The notes under the pieces are model-generated. The model ran no database searches, was not told the DNA's origin, and worked only from the letters and a program-made list of their open reading frames with translations. Both the position numbers and the translations under genes were made by a program. A stretch of 15,145 bases of DNA, taken from NCBI GenBank assembly GCA_034408725.1, contig JAWXCN010000002.1:1-15145 (forward strand). Reading direction: 5' to 3'. Source of the DNA: Candidatus Hydrogenedentota bacterium. Its GTDB lineage: Bacteria; Hydrogenedentota; Hydrogenedentia; Hydrogenedentales; SLHB01. Within the stretch, counting starts at the first letter, position 1; each line of letters opens with the position of its first letter. Below are positions 14,401 through 15,145 of this stretch, one piece after another.

Positions 14401-15145
14401 CTACGCGACCCGATTCAACGTGCGGCGCGCAATCATGCCGATGCGTGAATCCAGAAATCCGAGCACATCGAGTCTGCCTTCCACCTTCGCCGCAAAAGTT
14501 TCCAACGTGTCCGTCGCGTCAATCCAGATACGGCGAAGTGTAAACCGATCACAGCCTGAAAGATTGAACCCGTACCGGTTCGAGCAGGCCACGGTACACC
14601 CCGCTTCGCGCGCAAGCGCGACACTTGTTTCGTCGTAGTCCGCGGAGGTGCCGTAGGGATACGCGAAGTACCGCACCGGCTTGCCAAGCTCTTCCGCAAT
14701 TCGGCGGCAACTTCCGATGATCTCCGTTCGCTGTTCCCCAGCCGTGAGTTGGCTGAGCCGCGGATGTGTCAGCGAGTGGCCGCCGATTTCGATCCCGAGT
14801 TCACTTAATGCGCGCGCCTCATCCCACGTCATCAATCGTCCATGCCACGGCTCGGCGTCGCTTACAAGCAGATCGCCGAGCTTGCCGGCTACGATGAAAA
14901 CCGTCGCCGGGATACTAAATCGGTTCAGTATGGGCACGGCGTTCGTGAGGTTGTCGCGGTATCCGTCATCCAGCGTAACGGCGACCCCGGGCTTAGCGTT
15001 GGCCGCGTCGTCGAGCGTGTTGATAGCCGCGCTTCCGGCCAACCACGCCATTTGCGCCGCAAAATTCTCCGGCGTCACATTCATCGCGTGATCAAGCTGC
15101 CCCACGGAATGGTACGTGAGTATGCGGGACGGCGGCCGCGGCCGC
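14401..15145 (-). CDS. Polysaccharide deacetylase family protein (CE4/NodB domain), 5'-truncated by the window edge
   Basis: The frame stays open beyond the ORF-track start (RPRPPSRILTYHSVG...). CE4 motifs TLDDGY, PATVFIV, MTWDE, GHSLTHP and YFAYPYG. Confidence 0.92.
   Translation of the reverse strand, partial: RPRPPSRILTYHSVGQLDHAMNVTPENFAAQMAWLAGSAAINTLDDAANAKPGVAVTLDDGYRDNLTNAVPILNRFSIPATVFIVAGKLGDLLVSDAEPWHGRLMTWDEARALSELGIEIGGHSLTHPRLSQLTAGEQRTEIIGSCRRIAEELGKPVRYFAYPYGTSADYDETSVALAREAGCTVACSNRYGFNLSGCDRFTLRRIWIDATDTLETFAAKVEGRLDVLGFLDSRIGMIARRTLNRVA

Noticed and set aside
182-14403. Genome-wide TAG reassignment (alternative genetic code)
   Set aside because: Three other genes end in TAG at plausible family C-termini. 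For the two I read through (182, 6976) the extension is short or runs into the repeat. Only one internal TAG was found.

Overview
GC-rich bacterial chromosomal window. The host may be a Candidatus Hydrogenedentota-like organism, but that is only an impression from protein style. Left part: the 3' end of an unknown + strand gene, then a ~1765-aa secreted protein (glucose/sorbosone-dehydrogenase-like beta-propeller, PKD, ten ~95-aa cadherin/He_PIG-like Ig repeats, C-terminal Kre9/KNH-like Ig domain). This gene is divergent from a DUF4432/aldose-1-epimerase-family gene, which is followed by a REP-like repeat cluster. Right part: a tightly coupled minus-strand flagellar operon, fliM - fliN/fliY-like - fliA - hypothetical - DUF6115/SwrB-like membrane protein - FliK-like - FlhB C-terminal-like - TPR/TM/alpha-beta hydrolase. 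It is preceded by overlapping sigma54- and sigma70-type promoter motifs, a hairpin/G-rich element and a partial polysaccharide deacetylase gene. Most notable oddities: an in-frame amber (TAG) inside the conserved C-terminal motif of the DUF6115-like gene, a FliN/FliY with a degenerate phosphatase motif and an internal CheY-binding-like peptide, a serine hydrolase translationally coupled to the flagellar operon, and a multi-interpretation element at 14326-14397. No CRISPR array, rRNA/tRNA or transposase was seen. Family assignments come from motif recognition, not database searches.
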